Numbered from the stretch's first letter, positions 24,300-37,243 are shown. The stretch is 64,000 bases of DNA from Octopus vulgaris (GCA_951406725.2 OX597832.1:54684001-54748000), one strand, 5' to 3'. Numbers and translations: made by a program. Notes: generated by a model not told the origin, from the letters alone.

Positions 24300-25320
24300 C
24301 AAATTCATTTTCACTGCATTGTACGAAAGTACGTTTATATGCGTGTGGGCATCTTGAGAGTCTTTCAGAAACCCTATCAATGATTTTCTCATCGGTTCAC
24401 AGAATAGACAGAGATTCCTCGGAGTAGAGTCGACATCTCCTGGAAATGATATTGTATGGTTTTGGGTGCCTTACTATGGACCAAGTTATGTTGTACTTAA
24501 TTTTATCTTCATTCAGTCGCCAAACAAAATCGGCCAAAGATGTTGAATGCCTCTTATTGATTTTCTTGAAACTGGGAACAGTGTTGCGATAACGATTCTT
24601 AAGTGAATCAGCTGTATGCCCAATGTAAACATACGACCCTCCATTGTGTGCACGGTACATTTATATACAAGATTTGTACTCATACAGAGGTTCATCATTG
24701 AACATCTTGATTTTTCTCTGCACAAGCATTTATCATATATATTTGTATATATGGCAGTTCTGGTTTCATTTTCCGACATTGTTACCGTGTTAGCTACATC
24801 ATAAGCATTTCTACTATTACAATTTGGCCGTAATTGACGCATTGTTGGTATTTAGATGCGTATGTTCGCTAGATCCAGTAGGTGGATTATTGAAATGTTG
24901 TCGCACTTGACTATTGTTTACGTGGTACATAAGCTAATCTAAATTAGCGGAGTTAGCGTAGGATACCTTCACGGCGTGCCTATTAAAAATTGCATGTTAT
25001 CAATTAGATTTAGAAAAGCATTTGTCCAAAGCAGCAAAAAATTTCTCAGCGATTTTGGTTGAAACATCCGAACCGAAAATTGGGTTGAACCAGAGGACAT
25101 CCTGATGGCTTATTTGATCGACTGTGTTGTGCAAGATTGGAACAGTGTTACGAGCAGTTGGATTATTATGTCACGTGTGTCTATGAATTTTCGTTGGTAG
25201 TTCATTGTCTTGACCAATTCTTCTTAGCCTGTATTCGCTATCTGAGTGAGTTCTCATATCATGACGTTGTGATGGTATACAATGTGTATTACTATTGGAG
25301 GATTTACCAGTGTTGTGTAT
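24300..25320 (-). mobile_element. Penelope-like element fragment 2: post-RT linker and GIY-YIG endonuclease (Neptune-like), frameshifted
   Basis: QDVLWFNP..SDVSTKIAEKFFAALDKCF..IFNRHAVKVSY (about 25105-24955); NLVYKCTV / YVYIGHTADSLKNRY..SF....HSTSLADFVWRL....IKYNITWSIV..PY....RCRL..EES (about 24680-24400). Confidence 0.88.
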
Positions 25321-25407
25321 ACTTGCTTCTTGTATATATATGAATACATAAATATGTGGTGTGTATGTATATATATATATTTATGTGTGTGTATGTATGT
25401 ATGTACA

Positions 25408-25812
25408 GGCGCAGGAGTGGCTGTGTGGTAAGTAGCTTGCTCACCAACCACATGGTTCTGGGTTCAGTCCCACTGCGTGGCACCTTGGGTAAGTGTCTTC
25501 TACTATAGCCTCGGGCCGACCAAAGCCTTGTGAGTGGATTTGGTAGACGGAAACTGAAAGAAGCCCGTCGTATATATGTGTATATGTATGTGTGTATATG
25601 TTTGTGTGTTTGTGTTTGTCCCCCTAGCATTGCTTGACAACCGATGCTGGTGTGTTTATGTCCCCGTAACTTAGCGGTTCGGCAAAAAGAGACCGATGGA
25701 ATAAGTACTAGGCTTACAAAGAATAAGTCCCGGAGTCGATTTGCTCGACCAAAGGCGGTGCTCCAGCATGGCCGCAGTCAAATGACTGAAACAAGTGAAT
25801 GAGTAAAAGAGA
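25408..25812 (+). mobile_element. Full-length SINE-B
   Basis: Complete head, body and tail. Confidence 0.94.
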
Positions 25813-25827
25813 GTATATACACTTGTG

Positions 25828-25988
25828 TGTATGTATGTATGTATGTATGTATGTATGTATGTATGTATGTATGTATGTATGTATGTATGTATGTATGGAT
25901 GGATGGATGGATGGATGGATGGATTGATGTATAAATGTATGTATGTATGTATGTATGTATGTATGTATGTATGTATGTATGTATGTAT
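25828..25988. repeat. (TATG)n/(GATG)n microsatellite
   Basis: Direct reading. Confidence 0.95.
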
Positions 25989-26584
25989 AAACCAGAATAT
26001 AAAAAACAATTAAGAAGAAATAAAACAAAGAGAGTTACAATATGGCTTTCTGTATTTCTCGCTAGACAACAAGGAAAATCCTGAGCAGTTTCGGTGCTAA
26101 TAATGATTTAAAGCAACTAAAATAGGAACTATAGACTGTGAAGTTACTAAATGATGGAGTAGGGGGGGAAGAGGTGACGACGGTTTAAGGAAGGTGAGTT
26201 GCTTAACAACAATTGCATCGATTGAAACCCATTAGAAATCGATTAATTCGGTATTGTATTCTGTGAGTCGTAGATATCCAGCTTCTCCTTCACCAACAGC
26301 GTTTACATTACGTTCTATATTTTAATTCCTGGCTAAAGTCTGGAATCTCGATTTACACCGAATCCAGTCCTTCCACCACACATCGCTTTCAGTTGGATGC
26401 CGCCGCTCAGGTTAACAGTTTCCGTCCCTCGCTCGTCTCATTTCACACTTTCTCCATCTGTCACCTTTTTAACACTTCTAACGTTTCAATTTTTATGTTT
26501 ATTCTCATAGTTCGCAACTTCTCGACCTCTTTAACTCTTTTCAACCCCTACTTCCACCACACGCCGCTAATTTAGATTTCGATT

Positions 26585-26820
26585 CGTCCGCCATATTGAA
26601 CATGAATATACCAACCTGTTTCTTCCCCCGTTTCTTCCATTCATCGACCAATCATCTCTCCTGACACCTTTCCTATCCTCCCCCTTTTCAAAATCAGACT
26701 CCACTTAGACGCTACTTAAACAGCCGTTTTAAAACAATTTCATCATTGGCCCCTTATTATATTTCACTCTACACCAAAAATACACATGTTGGCCATTAAA
26801 AACCGCCATTTTTATTGGAT
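26585..26820. promoter_or_regulatory. Possible promoter-like motif cluster (two YY1-type CCGCCATNTT, three CCAAT/ATTGG)
   Basis: CCGCCATATT 26588-26597, CCGCCATTTT 26803-26812, CCAAT 26648, ATTGG 26745 and 26814, inside a ~1.5-kb SINE-free stretch. Motif evidence only. Confidence 0.25.
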
Positions 26821-27579
26821 CTCTGCTAATTCTACATTGATTAATCATAATTGTAAATGCTTCTGTTTCCTCTCGTTATATTCTTATTTGTATGTCACTT
26901 CAACATTCTCCAATAACTGCAAACCACAAATGATGTTCTAACTCTTCTACTGCAAATGCCCAAAGGAAATAATGTGAGTTTCGACTTACAGTATTTACTA
27001 TTCTGATTTATGTCGTTGGGCACTGTACCGCCTCAGCTTCTGGCACCAGGATAAAGACATTAAGCGCTACTAGTTTGTGGGCATTAGTCTGAAAACAAAA
27101 TGATGATAATTTGATGAAGAGACTGAAAGTTTTATGCTGTAATATTTCAAAATGGTGGAGCGAGAGAAGGCTTCATTATTGTTGCCAGACACATAAAATT
27201 TAGGCTTTGCTAAGCCTGTTCATTTTAATTTTTTTCTGACGCGGTCTCTCACAACAGATCACGTATCAAAGATGCATAATCCAGTAGAATAGAATTCCAG
27301 TTTCATAGACCTCCAGCTTAATAAAACCGCAGTACAAGAGAATTCCAGAATAATAGAATTCCAGTATAATACAACTCTTGGCCATCGATTGATTCCACTA
27401 AACCATGCAAGGTATGGCCGCTGTCCAATGACTGCAGAAAGTAAATGAAAAAAAAAAATCAAATTCAATAAGGAATTTCATAGAGCATGGAATTTCTACG
27501 GGACCGCAAAAGTTATTATTAGCTATATAGCTATTGTTGTTGTTATTATTATCATTATATGTTGTTATTATTATATAAA

Positions 27580-27689
27580 CTAGGTACCAGTGAAACGCTG
27601 GGGGTCGATGTAATCGACTAGTCCCCTCCATCCAAATTTCAGACCTTGTACCTTTAGTAGAAAGAATTATTATTGTTGTTGTTGTTGTG

Positions 27690-27787
<98 letters not shown>

Positions 27788-28010
27788 CATTATTATTATT
27801 ATCATTATTATTATTATCATTATTATTATTATTATGCGTAGGAATGGCTGTGTGGTAAGTAGCTTGCTTACGAACCTCATAGTTCCGGGTTTCAGTTCCA
27901 CTGCGTGGCACCTTGGGCAAGTGTCTTCTATTATAGCCTCGGGCCGACCAAAGACTTGTGAGTGGATTTAGTAAACGGAAACTGAAAGAAGCCCGTCGTA
28001 TATATGTATT

Positions 28011-28043
<33 letters not shown>
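27580..28043 (+). mobile_element. SINE-A tail (27580-27668), (TTA)n tract (27690-27834) and SINE-B 5' half (27836-28043)
   Basis: Matches to family bodies; direct reading of the tract. Confidence 0.85.
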
Positions 28044-28046
<3 letters not shown>

Positions 28047-28486
28047 CATTATTATTAGCTATATATTTTATTTTCAGTGTTTGACTTCATTTCTTACTCT
28101 TTACTCCAAAGAAGAAGAAAAATACGTACCAGCCGTGTACTGGTCCAGTAAATTGATCGCACCTAGTTTCCGCTAAACAATTGGCCATGTGTACAGAATT
28201 TAAAGGAAATCAATATTATTTTAGTAACACCGACACCACCGCTCGCTGGGAAATCAATATTAATATATCCAGGAATAAATAACCGAGAGAACATATATTG
28301 CATGGCTGTGTTTCCATTGGTGAATATTATACAGTGACCGTTTAAGAGATACATTTAAACTGTGGTCATTCCCTCTGTGTACGCGGACAATATAATGTAT
28401 TGTACAGCTTCGATCGTATTGATTGGAAATGTCTACTGCTAAGGAAATCGATAAAAAAAAAATACTCGATGTTAAATTCGTTATGG

Positions 28487-28700
28487 CGGCCAACTGGAAC
28501 AATCGTTTGTAAGCCGAACAAAATGCATAGATTCGTTTCGCCCGTCTTTACGATCCGAGTTCAAATTCCGCCGAAGTTGAGTTTGCCTTCCATTCTTTCG
28601 GGGTCGATAAATTAAGAACTAGTTGAGCCCTGGGGTCGATGATATCGACTTATCTCCCCATCTCAGAACTTGCTGGCTTTGTACCAAAATCTGAAACCAT
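28487..28700 (+). mobile_element. Diverged SINE-A monomer with the alternative tail
   Basis: GAGTTCAAATTCCGCCG..CTTTCGGGGTCGATAAATTAAG core. Confidence 0.82.
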
Positions 28701-28701
28701 T

Positions 28702-29184
28702 ATTTTTTTTTTCTTCTTTCAAATTTGCTTCCATTTCTTGCCGAGTGTCTTCCCGACTCCTAGGGCAAAGAAACTCATAGTATACATTGGTAGGCCATTA
28801 AACTAAACTCAATAGTTCGTTCATTTTTTTTTTAAGTTAAATTAAAATACATGGGTAGTAATAGTTCTCACATCGACAATGATCTTCTCAATACGTGTGA
28901 TGTACCAGTTAAGACAATCTTTTGCACTTCTTGCAGGGATGATAAGCCAGGGATCATTCTCATATAATTTTTGGTTCCCTTCTTGATCATTCCTAGTGCT
29001 CCTGCGATCACTGGTATTGTAACCGCCTTAGGAATGATCAAGAAGGGAACCAAAAAATTATATGAGAATGATCCCTGGCTTACCATCCCTGCAAGAAGTG
29101 CAAAAGATTGTCTTAACTGGTACATCACACGTATTGAGAAGAGCATTGTCGATGTGAGAACTATTACTACCCATGTATTTTAAT
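28702..29184. mobile_element. Dong/R4 3'-end fragment (minus) with an inverted duplicate of itself (plus), forming a fold-back with ~155-bp arms
   Basis: Both arms encode ALGMIKKGTK..MIPGL.SLQEVQKIVLTGTSHVLRR.LSM*; arms ~28840-28995 and ~29029-29184; (TTA)n follows. Confidence 0.9.
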
Positions 29185-29195
29185 TATTATTATTA

Positions 29196-29290
<95 letters not shown>
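29183..29290. repeat. (TTA)n tract
   Basis: Direct reading. Confidence 0.96.
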
Positions 29291-29294
<4 letters not shown>

Positions 29295-29666
29295 CGCCTT
29301 TGCACAGCTTCTTACCAGTTATTGTAAGTACGACCTTTACTGTTCGCCTCCTCCAAATTCTTCCTATTTCAAATTTTAGAGAATTGTATTTCTTTTGTTT
29401 TTTCTTCATCTTTCTTTGCGATCCTGGAATCAAACGGGCGTGATGGATGGATCGATAAGTAAGCATCTTCGCTTTTCCTCATCTAACGTAACATCTGGTT
29501 TACTGTCTTCTAATTTCTTGTCCGTTTGAAGAGGAAAGTCCCCAAAAACATCTTACATTTCCCGACACTTTCGACTCGATGATTCTACCATGTGTTTCCA
29601 GCCTCAAATCCCCATTTCTGGCACACTTTCTAGTGTAAAACTTTTACAACCAGGTCTTGCCTCCAT

Positions 29667-30083
29667 TTCTTCTTCTTCTTCTTCTTCTTCTTCTTCTTCT
29701 TCTTCTTCTTCTTCTTCTTCTTCTTCTTCTTCTTCTTCTTCTTCTTCTTCTTCTTCTTCTTCTTCTTCTTCTTCTTCTTCTTCTTCTTCTTCTTCTTCTT
29801 CTTCTTCTTCTTCTTCTTCTTCTTCTTCTTCTTCTTCTTCTTCTTCTTCTTCTTCTTCTTCTTCTTCTTCTTCTTCTTCTTCTTCTTCTTCTTCTTCTTC
29901 TTCTTCTTCTTCTTCTTCTTCTTCTTCTTCTTCTTCTTCTTCTTCTTCTTCTTCTTCTTCTCCTTCTTCTTCTTCGTTTTCTTCTTCTTCTTCTTCTTCG
30001 TCTTCTTCTTCTTCTTCTTCTTCTTCTTCTTCTTCTTCTTCTTCTTCTTCTTCTTCTTCTTCTTCGTCTTCTTCTTCTTCTTC

Positions 30084-30141
<58 letters not shown>

Positions 30142-30163
30142 CATCATCATCATCATTATTATT
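29667..30163. repeat. Very long (TTC)n (~420 bp, first ~290 bp uninterrupted) followed by (TTA)n/(TCA)n
   Basis: Direct reading. Confidence 0.97.
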
Positions 30164-31046
30164 CCCTTTAACTGCTGATTTTAGGAATATGAAGCACAGT
30201 GATTTAGATCTCGTAACCATGCGCTGTAAAAACTCATTTGTAACTCCATATAAATGCAGTACTCAAAGACCATCATAAGAATCATGCTCTGATCATGAAA
30301 TGTTAAATAATTCATTTAACGTTCTTCTTGGCGTTATTATATTCATTTCCGTTAAAATTCTATTTCTAAAAATCTCAAGAAAATAAAAACAAGAAATGAC
30401 AAACGAAAGACTTTTAAATATATCTCTTTTTCAAAATGACTTCTAGAATCCCCCGATACAAATTTAACGATAAACACACGTAGGTCCACTGTTGTGAAAT
30501 TTGTAGCATTCTTCGGCATTCGTAACCCCCGCAGTTTCAATTGAATTTGTTTCATTGAGAAAATGATAACCAGTTAATTGTCAAAACAGTCATTTGGTTT
30601 ATGTAATTGAAATATTGCAAAAACTTCAATTGCTTTAGTTTTGTGCTTTCTTTTTTGTTTCTGTGCGAAGTCAAAGAATCTTATAAATGGTTCTGCTGTT
30701 GCATTATCTCCTTCCTCTCTGCATGACTGTGAAATTCCAGAAGATATGAAAATTGAATTAGTATGAAGAAACCTAACTGAAATTGGTTAAGTTTAGCAGT
30801 GTAGATTACATTTAATTGGAACTCCTTCCACATTAGCTAATGTAAATAAACTTTAATGAGGATATAGTCAAGTTATTGGTTCGAGAGTCAGGTTAAAGAA
30901 GATATTGGACGCCAGGAAGAATATATAACGGAGCGAGATGAGTCGAGTGAAAACAGAAGTTTCTGCCCCTATGTGGGGGCATTACTCAATTTGTTTTTAA
31001 AGTCTTTTTCTTAAATCTAAATCATATACTATTTTTTTACTACTAT

Positions 31047-31482
<436 letters not shown>

Positions 31483-31695
31483 AATATCTTAATTTATTTG
31501 TGCTTTATATAATCGTATATTCTCTTCTGCATTTATATCCAAACTTGAATCATATTCACTGCATCACTCCCCACCTCTCTGACTTCCATATACTTTTGTC
31601 TTTTATGTTTCCTCCCACGCGTTTCGCAAGCGATTTTGTTCTAACATTTAACTTGTTTTTGTCAGACCTTGTGGTTAATAAAGAAATTACAAGTA

Positions 31696-32462
31696 AGGTG
31701 GTGAGCTGGATGAAACGGTAGCACGCCGGGCGAAATGCTTAGCAGTATTTCGTCTGTCCTTACGTTCTGAGTTCGAATTCCGCCGAAGTCGACTTTGCCT
31801 TTCATCCTTTCGGGGTCGATAAATTAAGGACCAGCTACGCACTGGGGTCTATGTAATCGACTTGATCTATTTGTCTGTCCTTGTTTGTCCCCTCTGTATA
31901 TAGTCCCTTGTGGGCAGTAAAGAAATAAGTATTCCGTCTGTCTTTACGTTTTGAGTTCGAATTCCGCCGAAGTCGACTTTGCCTTTCATCCTTTCGGGGT
32001 CGATAAATTAAGGACCAGCTACGCACTGGGGTCTATGTAATCGACTTGATCTATTTGTCTGTCCTTGTTTGTCCCCTCTGTATATAGTCCCTTGTGGGCA
32101 GTAAAGAAATAAGTATTCCGTCTGTCTTTACGTTTTGAGTTCGAATTCCGCCGAAGTCGACTTTGCCTTTCATCCTTTCGGGGTCGATAAATTAAGGACC
32201 AGCTACGCACTGGGGTCTATGTAATCGACTTGATCTATTTGTCTGTCCTTGTTTGTCCCATCTGTATATAGCCTCTTGTGGGCAGTAAAGAAATAAGTAT
32301 TTCGTCTGTCTTTACGTTCTGAGTTCGAATTCCGCCGAAGTCGACTTTGCCTTTCATCCTTTCGGGGTCGATAAAATAAGTACCAGTGAAACACTGGGGT
32401 CGATATGATCGACTAGTCCTCTCCTCACAAATCTGAGACCTTGTGCCTAAAGTACAAAGGAA
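31696..32462 (+). mobile_element. SINE-A tetramer (184-bp period) with the alternative tail on the last unit; TSD AATTACAAGTA
   Basis: All units share private variants (GAGTTCGAATTCCGCCGAAG); TSD at ~31685 and 32461. Confidence 0.93.
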
Positions 32463-32684
32463 TTACAAGTACTGAAGACGTACTTCACAAAACACTTGTT
32501 TCTAGAACTGGATGCCTTTTTCTGTCAATTTCTTCAAATATTTTCGAAGAAAAGTGAGGCGGTGTTTGTTAAGTTTTTCACTCAAACTTGGATGAAAAGC
32601 AATATATTTTTGAAATATTTATTTATTTATTTGCATTTTTTCACAAGATATTTATGGAAAACACCTTCAAACAAAAACATGGAC

Positions 32685-33096
32685 AGGAGTAGGAGTGGCT
32701 GTGTGGTAAGTAGCTTGCTTACCAACCACATGGTTCCGGGTTCAGTCCAACTGCGTGGCACCTTGGGCTAGTGTCTTCTACTATAGCCTCGGGCCGACCA
32801 AAGCCTTGTGTGTGGTTTTGGTAGACGGAAACTGAAAGAAGCCTGTCGTATATATGCATATATATATATGTATATGTGTGTATATGTTTGTAAGTCTGTG
32901 TTTGTCTCCCCAACATCGCTTGACAACGGATGCTGGTGTGCTTACGTCCCTGTAACTTAGCGGTTCGGCAAAAGAGACCGATAGAATAAGTACTAGGCTT
33001 ACAAAGAATAAGTCCTGGGGTCGATTTGCTCGACTAAAGGCAGTGCTCTAGCATGGTCACAGTCACATGACTGAGACAAGTAAAGAGTAAAGAGAG
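32685..33096 (+). mobile_element. Full-length SINE-B
   Basis: Complete head, body and tail. Confidence 0.93.
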
Positions 33097-33255
33097 TTCT
33101 CGAAAATAAAAAAGAGGAAAATAGTTTAAAATGTCATAAAATAGCACAAATGTTTGGAAACAGGAGATAGAGCTTTGATTTTAATGAGAAGGACTCTCCC
33201 TCCGAATTTTCCCGCTCTCTTAACGGTGACTACAACACGGTGGTTTTAACTCTCA

Positions 33256-33487
33256 GCGGCGAGCTGGCAGAATCGTTAGCACGCCGGGCGAAATGCCGAG
33301 AGGTATTTCGTCTGCCGTTACGTTCTGAGTTCAAATTCCGCCGAGGTCCACTTTGCCTTTCATCCTTTCGGGGTCGATTAAATAAAGTACCAGTTAGGCA
33401 ATGGGGTCGATATAATCGACTTAATCCGCTTGTCTGTCCTTGTTTGTCCTCTCTGTGTTTAGCCCCTTGTGGGTAATAAAGAAATAG
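33256..33487 (+). mobile_element. SINE-A monomer with a 16-bp TSD GGTTTTAACTCTCAGC
   Basis: TSD at 33242-33257 and 33487-33502; this copy defines the monomer ends. Confidence 0.94.
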
Positions 33488-33919
33488 GTTTTAACTCTCA
33501 GCTTTGAAATGTCGCGTCCTAGGGAAATTCTTGATATAGACATGTGTGGTATGAGAGATTGTCTCCTTGCCTGCGGATATTGTCTAAGAATGAGTAAGGA
33601 GGACAAAGTGTAGACAGGCCTAGTCGAGGTTGAGGACAAGCTGAAGTAGGCCCTAACTAACGTTGGGGACAGTGTCTTGGGGCAGAGTGAGTACTGGTAT
33701 CTACCTACATTTTGAGATGTAGGTTGTATGAATACGGAGAGCAGTGATAGTGACATAAACACCCATTCATAGGTTAGTATTGTAGTATATGGCCCCCAAG
33801 CAAAACATTAGTTAGAAGCACTAGCAGCGATGGTTACCCTTAAATCTTTGTCTTTTTTTAGCGCAATATGTCTTTGTAGGGGGGCACATAGAATAATAAA
33901 GTCTTTCATAAATTCTTTT

Positions 33920-34425
33920 ATTCTTTTACTTGTTTCAGTCATCTAACTGTGGTCATGCTGGAGCACAGCCTTGAAGGGTTTTAGTCGAACCAATCGACCC
34001 CAGGGCTTATGTTTTTAAAGCCTGGTATTTATTCTATCGGTGTATTTATCGAACCGTTAAGTAACGGAAATCTGCCCACAGCTGGAGCAGCTTTGATCAT
34101 CAGCCTACTTTGACCAAAGCGGACCTGTTGCTATGCATTATCAAAAGCATATCTTATCTTTTGTCGCTAAGTTATGGGGAGATAAACAAACAAACATCTG
34201 TTCTAAGACGGGGAGGGGGCAAACACAAACACACGCGTGCGCACACACATACACACGCACATACCTACACACTATGAATCCACACAGTTTCACCTCTACC
34301 AAATTCATTTATAAGGATTTGGTCGGCCCAAGGCTATAGTCAAATACATCTAGGGTGTCACATAGTGGAAATTGAACCCGAAACTACGTTGTAACAAAGC
34401 GAGCTTCTTAACCACACAGCCACAC
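33920..34425 (-). mobile_element. Old SINE-B variant with an internal insertion
   Basis: Tail 33920-34070, body and head 34165-34425. Confidence 0.75.
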
Positions 34426-35644
34426 CGGTAAGTTTTCTTTTTCCCTTTTTTTCTATTTCTTTTACTATATCACTTTCACAAATCAATATTCTCCGATAAT
34501 TAGGAATCGTGTCTGTTGAAAACCTTTTAATCTTGGACAGGATGAGTTAGAAATACTTTCATACAAAATGGCCGCAAATTCGAGTTTCTTTTCTTCAGCG
34601 TTTCATTATCCGTTTCTTTATCATATGGTTCTTAATTCACAGAGTTGTTACATTTTGTTGTGATAAAACAGTCTTAATCTCCCACCCTCTCGCCCCTCAT
34701 CATTTAATAATATCCATTATTTGTCTTTTGGCCTATTACTTACTTGTTAAAATATTGTTTCAATAGCCATTCTGATTCTGTAAAGTAAATCTATTACACG
34801 AGACGGAAGGAAGCGTTAGACAACCGTCTGTTTCACGCCAGTCTTTCGTTTTATCTTTTCCAGATGTGATCTCTCTCTCTCTTCCTCATTCCTTCTCCAC
34901 TTTCTCTTCTTTTCCCTTGGTTTATTTCTCTCTCTTTCTTTCTCTTATCCTGCCTCTGTCTCAATCCTCAGTGATTAATTTAACTCGATTTGTTCTGTTC
35001 TTCTTCACCAATTTAATTCCACTCAAATATAATTCCGTTAAACAATCTCGTTACTATTCTTACTTTCCTTCTTCTGTTATTTCTTTTTTTTTTTCTTTTC
35101 TTTTTCCTTTCTCTGTTTGTCGAGATGTTATTAACAACCAGACAAATTTGCTTTTAGCAATTTCTTGCAATACAAAAGCACCAATAAAACCGTTATTGTT
35201 AGCGTCAAAGACATTTCTTGAAGATAGTTGAGACAGTAAAGTGAAATCTAAGTATAATTCAATATTTAACTCCGTTGCTTCGAGGCTCGACTCCTGAGTC
35301 TCGAGTCCTGAACCTCGAGACTGTAGTCCCGAGTCTCAAGTCACAATCCAGAGTAAACCAGAGTTGTCTTTATCTCTATGGAATCGGTAAACTAAATAAC
35401 AATTATGTATTGGTATCATTTCTCTAAACAAATTAGTTTGATATCAAAAGGAAGAAATCTAGAATAATTTCTACATAATATCAGAGGGATGACAGCCACC
35501 AAATGCTCATCACATGTTCAATCACAAGCACTGTGTTGTGTCCGCGACTAGGATACTTAATTTTTCAATTGCACAGTCCACCAAGTTGCAAACGGGTACC
35601 ACAGAGCAGACTCCATCCACCATTGGTAGTACTGGAATATAAAA

Positions 35645-35750
35645 TACGAGTGGGATGGCTGAAAAGTTCTTGGCTTTAAGGGTGTCGCGAAAGGCCTGGT
35701 TGGAGGCCCAACCTTCCCAGTTCTTTGGCAGGGCTTAGAAGAACTGATGG
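35645..35750. mobile_element. Probable truncated mariner-type MITE end
   Basis: TACGAG..GG..GCTGAAAAGTTC resembles a mariner TIR start; no partner TIR seen, as a SINE-A abuts it. Confidence 0.45.
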
Positions 35751-35752
35751 CA

Positions 35753-35909
35753 CCGACCCCAGTGATCGACAGGTGCTTATTTTATCGACCTCTAAAAGAT
35801 GAATGGTAAAGTCGACCTCGGCGGAATTTGTACTCAGAGCGTAGCGACGGGCGAAATGCCGCAAAGCGTTTCGCCCGGCATGCTAACCATTCTGCCAGCT
35901 CGCCGCCTT
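35753..35909 (-). mobile_element. SINE-A 5' part
   Basis: Head and core on the minus strand. Confidence 0.85.
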
Positions 35910-36619
35910 AGCAACATCTATAAATAATACCGACCTTTTCTATCCGAAGAGGTTAAGAAAATCTTTTGGGTAGAAAAAGTCGGCAATTATTTCACGTTCT
36001 CTCGAACTTTCTAAATTCTTATGACACCGTCATCATAAAATTCTTGCTGGCATGAATTAAGTTTCTAAGATGGGTAAGAAGAAGGCAAAAGATTGTTTTC
36101 GTCCAATGGTAACACTCTTGTCATGTTTATAAGATGTTGGTTCGTATCTCACGGGCAACCATCAACTTTTTTCTTTTCAAAGATTTATTTTTTAACTCTG
36201 TACTTGCTTTTATTTGCAGCTTTATCTGACTCGAGATTCACCGTTCCAAAAAAAAAGATTTATTTCGAAGTTTCTAAATAACTTATGATGTCGAAATAAA
36301 ATATTGAGTTCGTAAATTTCACTAAAGGTTATAAGTCTGTAGATTTCCTATAGAAATTAGAGCCAACACTGAAAGTTACACTGCTTCGTATACGAATACT
36401 TCTTTGTACACAATGCGATCAAAGATAGAAATATAGGTAATTGGTGTATATGCACATTTTAGGAGTTATTGCTGCTTCTTCCAGTACCACATCCAAACCT
36501 TTAACTATCCACGAATACTTTGCTTAAATAGCTACCGAATACAGCGGTGTAACGCAATTGGATATACCAATTTTACATAGTAAACACATTCCTGGGAACT
36601 GCTACGTACATATTATTTT

Positions 36620-36742
36620 CAAATGTTGGTCCAAGGCTAGCAACTTTGGGGGAGAGGGTAAGTCGCTTGCATTGAACCCTACACTGCTCAACTGGTACTT
36701 ATTTTATCGACTTCGAAAAGATGGAAAGCAGTAACTGGTACG
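36620..36742 (-). mobile_element. Old SINE-A tail fragment
   Basis: CTCAACTGGTACTTATTTTATCGAC core plus alternative tail. Confidence 0.7.
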
Positions 36743-36946
36743 TACGTATTACTTACTGGTAGGGACTCCGCATTTCGTAATACAACCGTAATATACTACG
36801 AAGTTAATATTGTGTTCTGCCTGTGTTAGCAGTGCCATTCATTGGTAGCGTGTTATGAACATCCGAAGAAGGCCGGAGCGTACAACAGCCAAAACGCAGT
36901 GAAGGCAACAATCAAAATGACACCAGTCCGACTACTATACACATTA

Positions 36947-37206
36947 CAGTAATCCCTCGCCATATCGCGGTTCACCTATCGCGGTTCACCTATCGCGGTT
37001 CACCTATCGCGGTTTATTATTTAAGCTTACGTCGATTCCTCCGTGGTGTTGTTTTGCAATTATAATAAAAAAAATATAAACAAATTATAAAAATATTAAT
37101 AAAAGACATACAACACAGTACTGTTTCTACTTCGCGGATTTTCACCTATTGGGGCGGGTAGAACGTAACACCCGCGGTACTCGAGGGATGAATATAATTT
37201 CTACTG
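36947..37206. mobile_element. Tigger/pogo-type MITE with TA TSD and internal 14-bp tandem (TATCGCGGTTCACC)x3-4
   Basis: TA|CAGTAATCCCTCG ... CGAGGGAT[12-bp insert]TACTG|TA. Confidence 0.78.
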
Positions 37207-37243
37207 TATTATAAATATTATAATTGTCTGCTATATCATAGTA

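Noticed and set aside
29590-30220. Poly-S/K/R/L ORFs
   Set aside because: Frames of the (TTC)n tract.
34840-34870. Strong-looking splice acceptor (TTTTATCTTTTCCAG)
   Set aside because: Followed by low-complexity pyrimidine sequence with no credible exon; such motifs are common by chance in AT-rich DNA.
35280-35355. Degenerate 7-bp GAGTCTC-like repeats
   Set aside because: Short low-complexity patch with no further structure.
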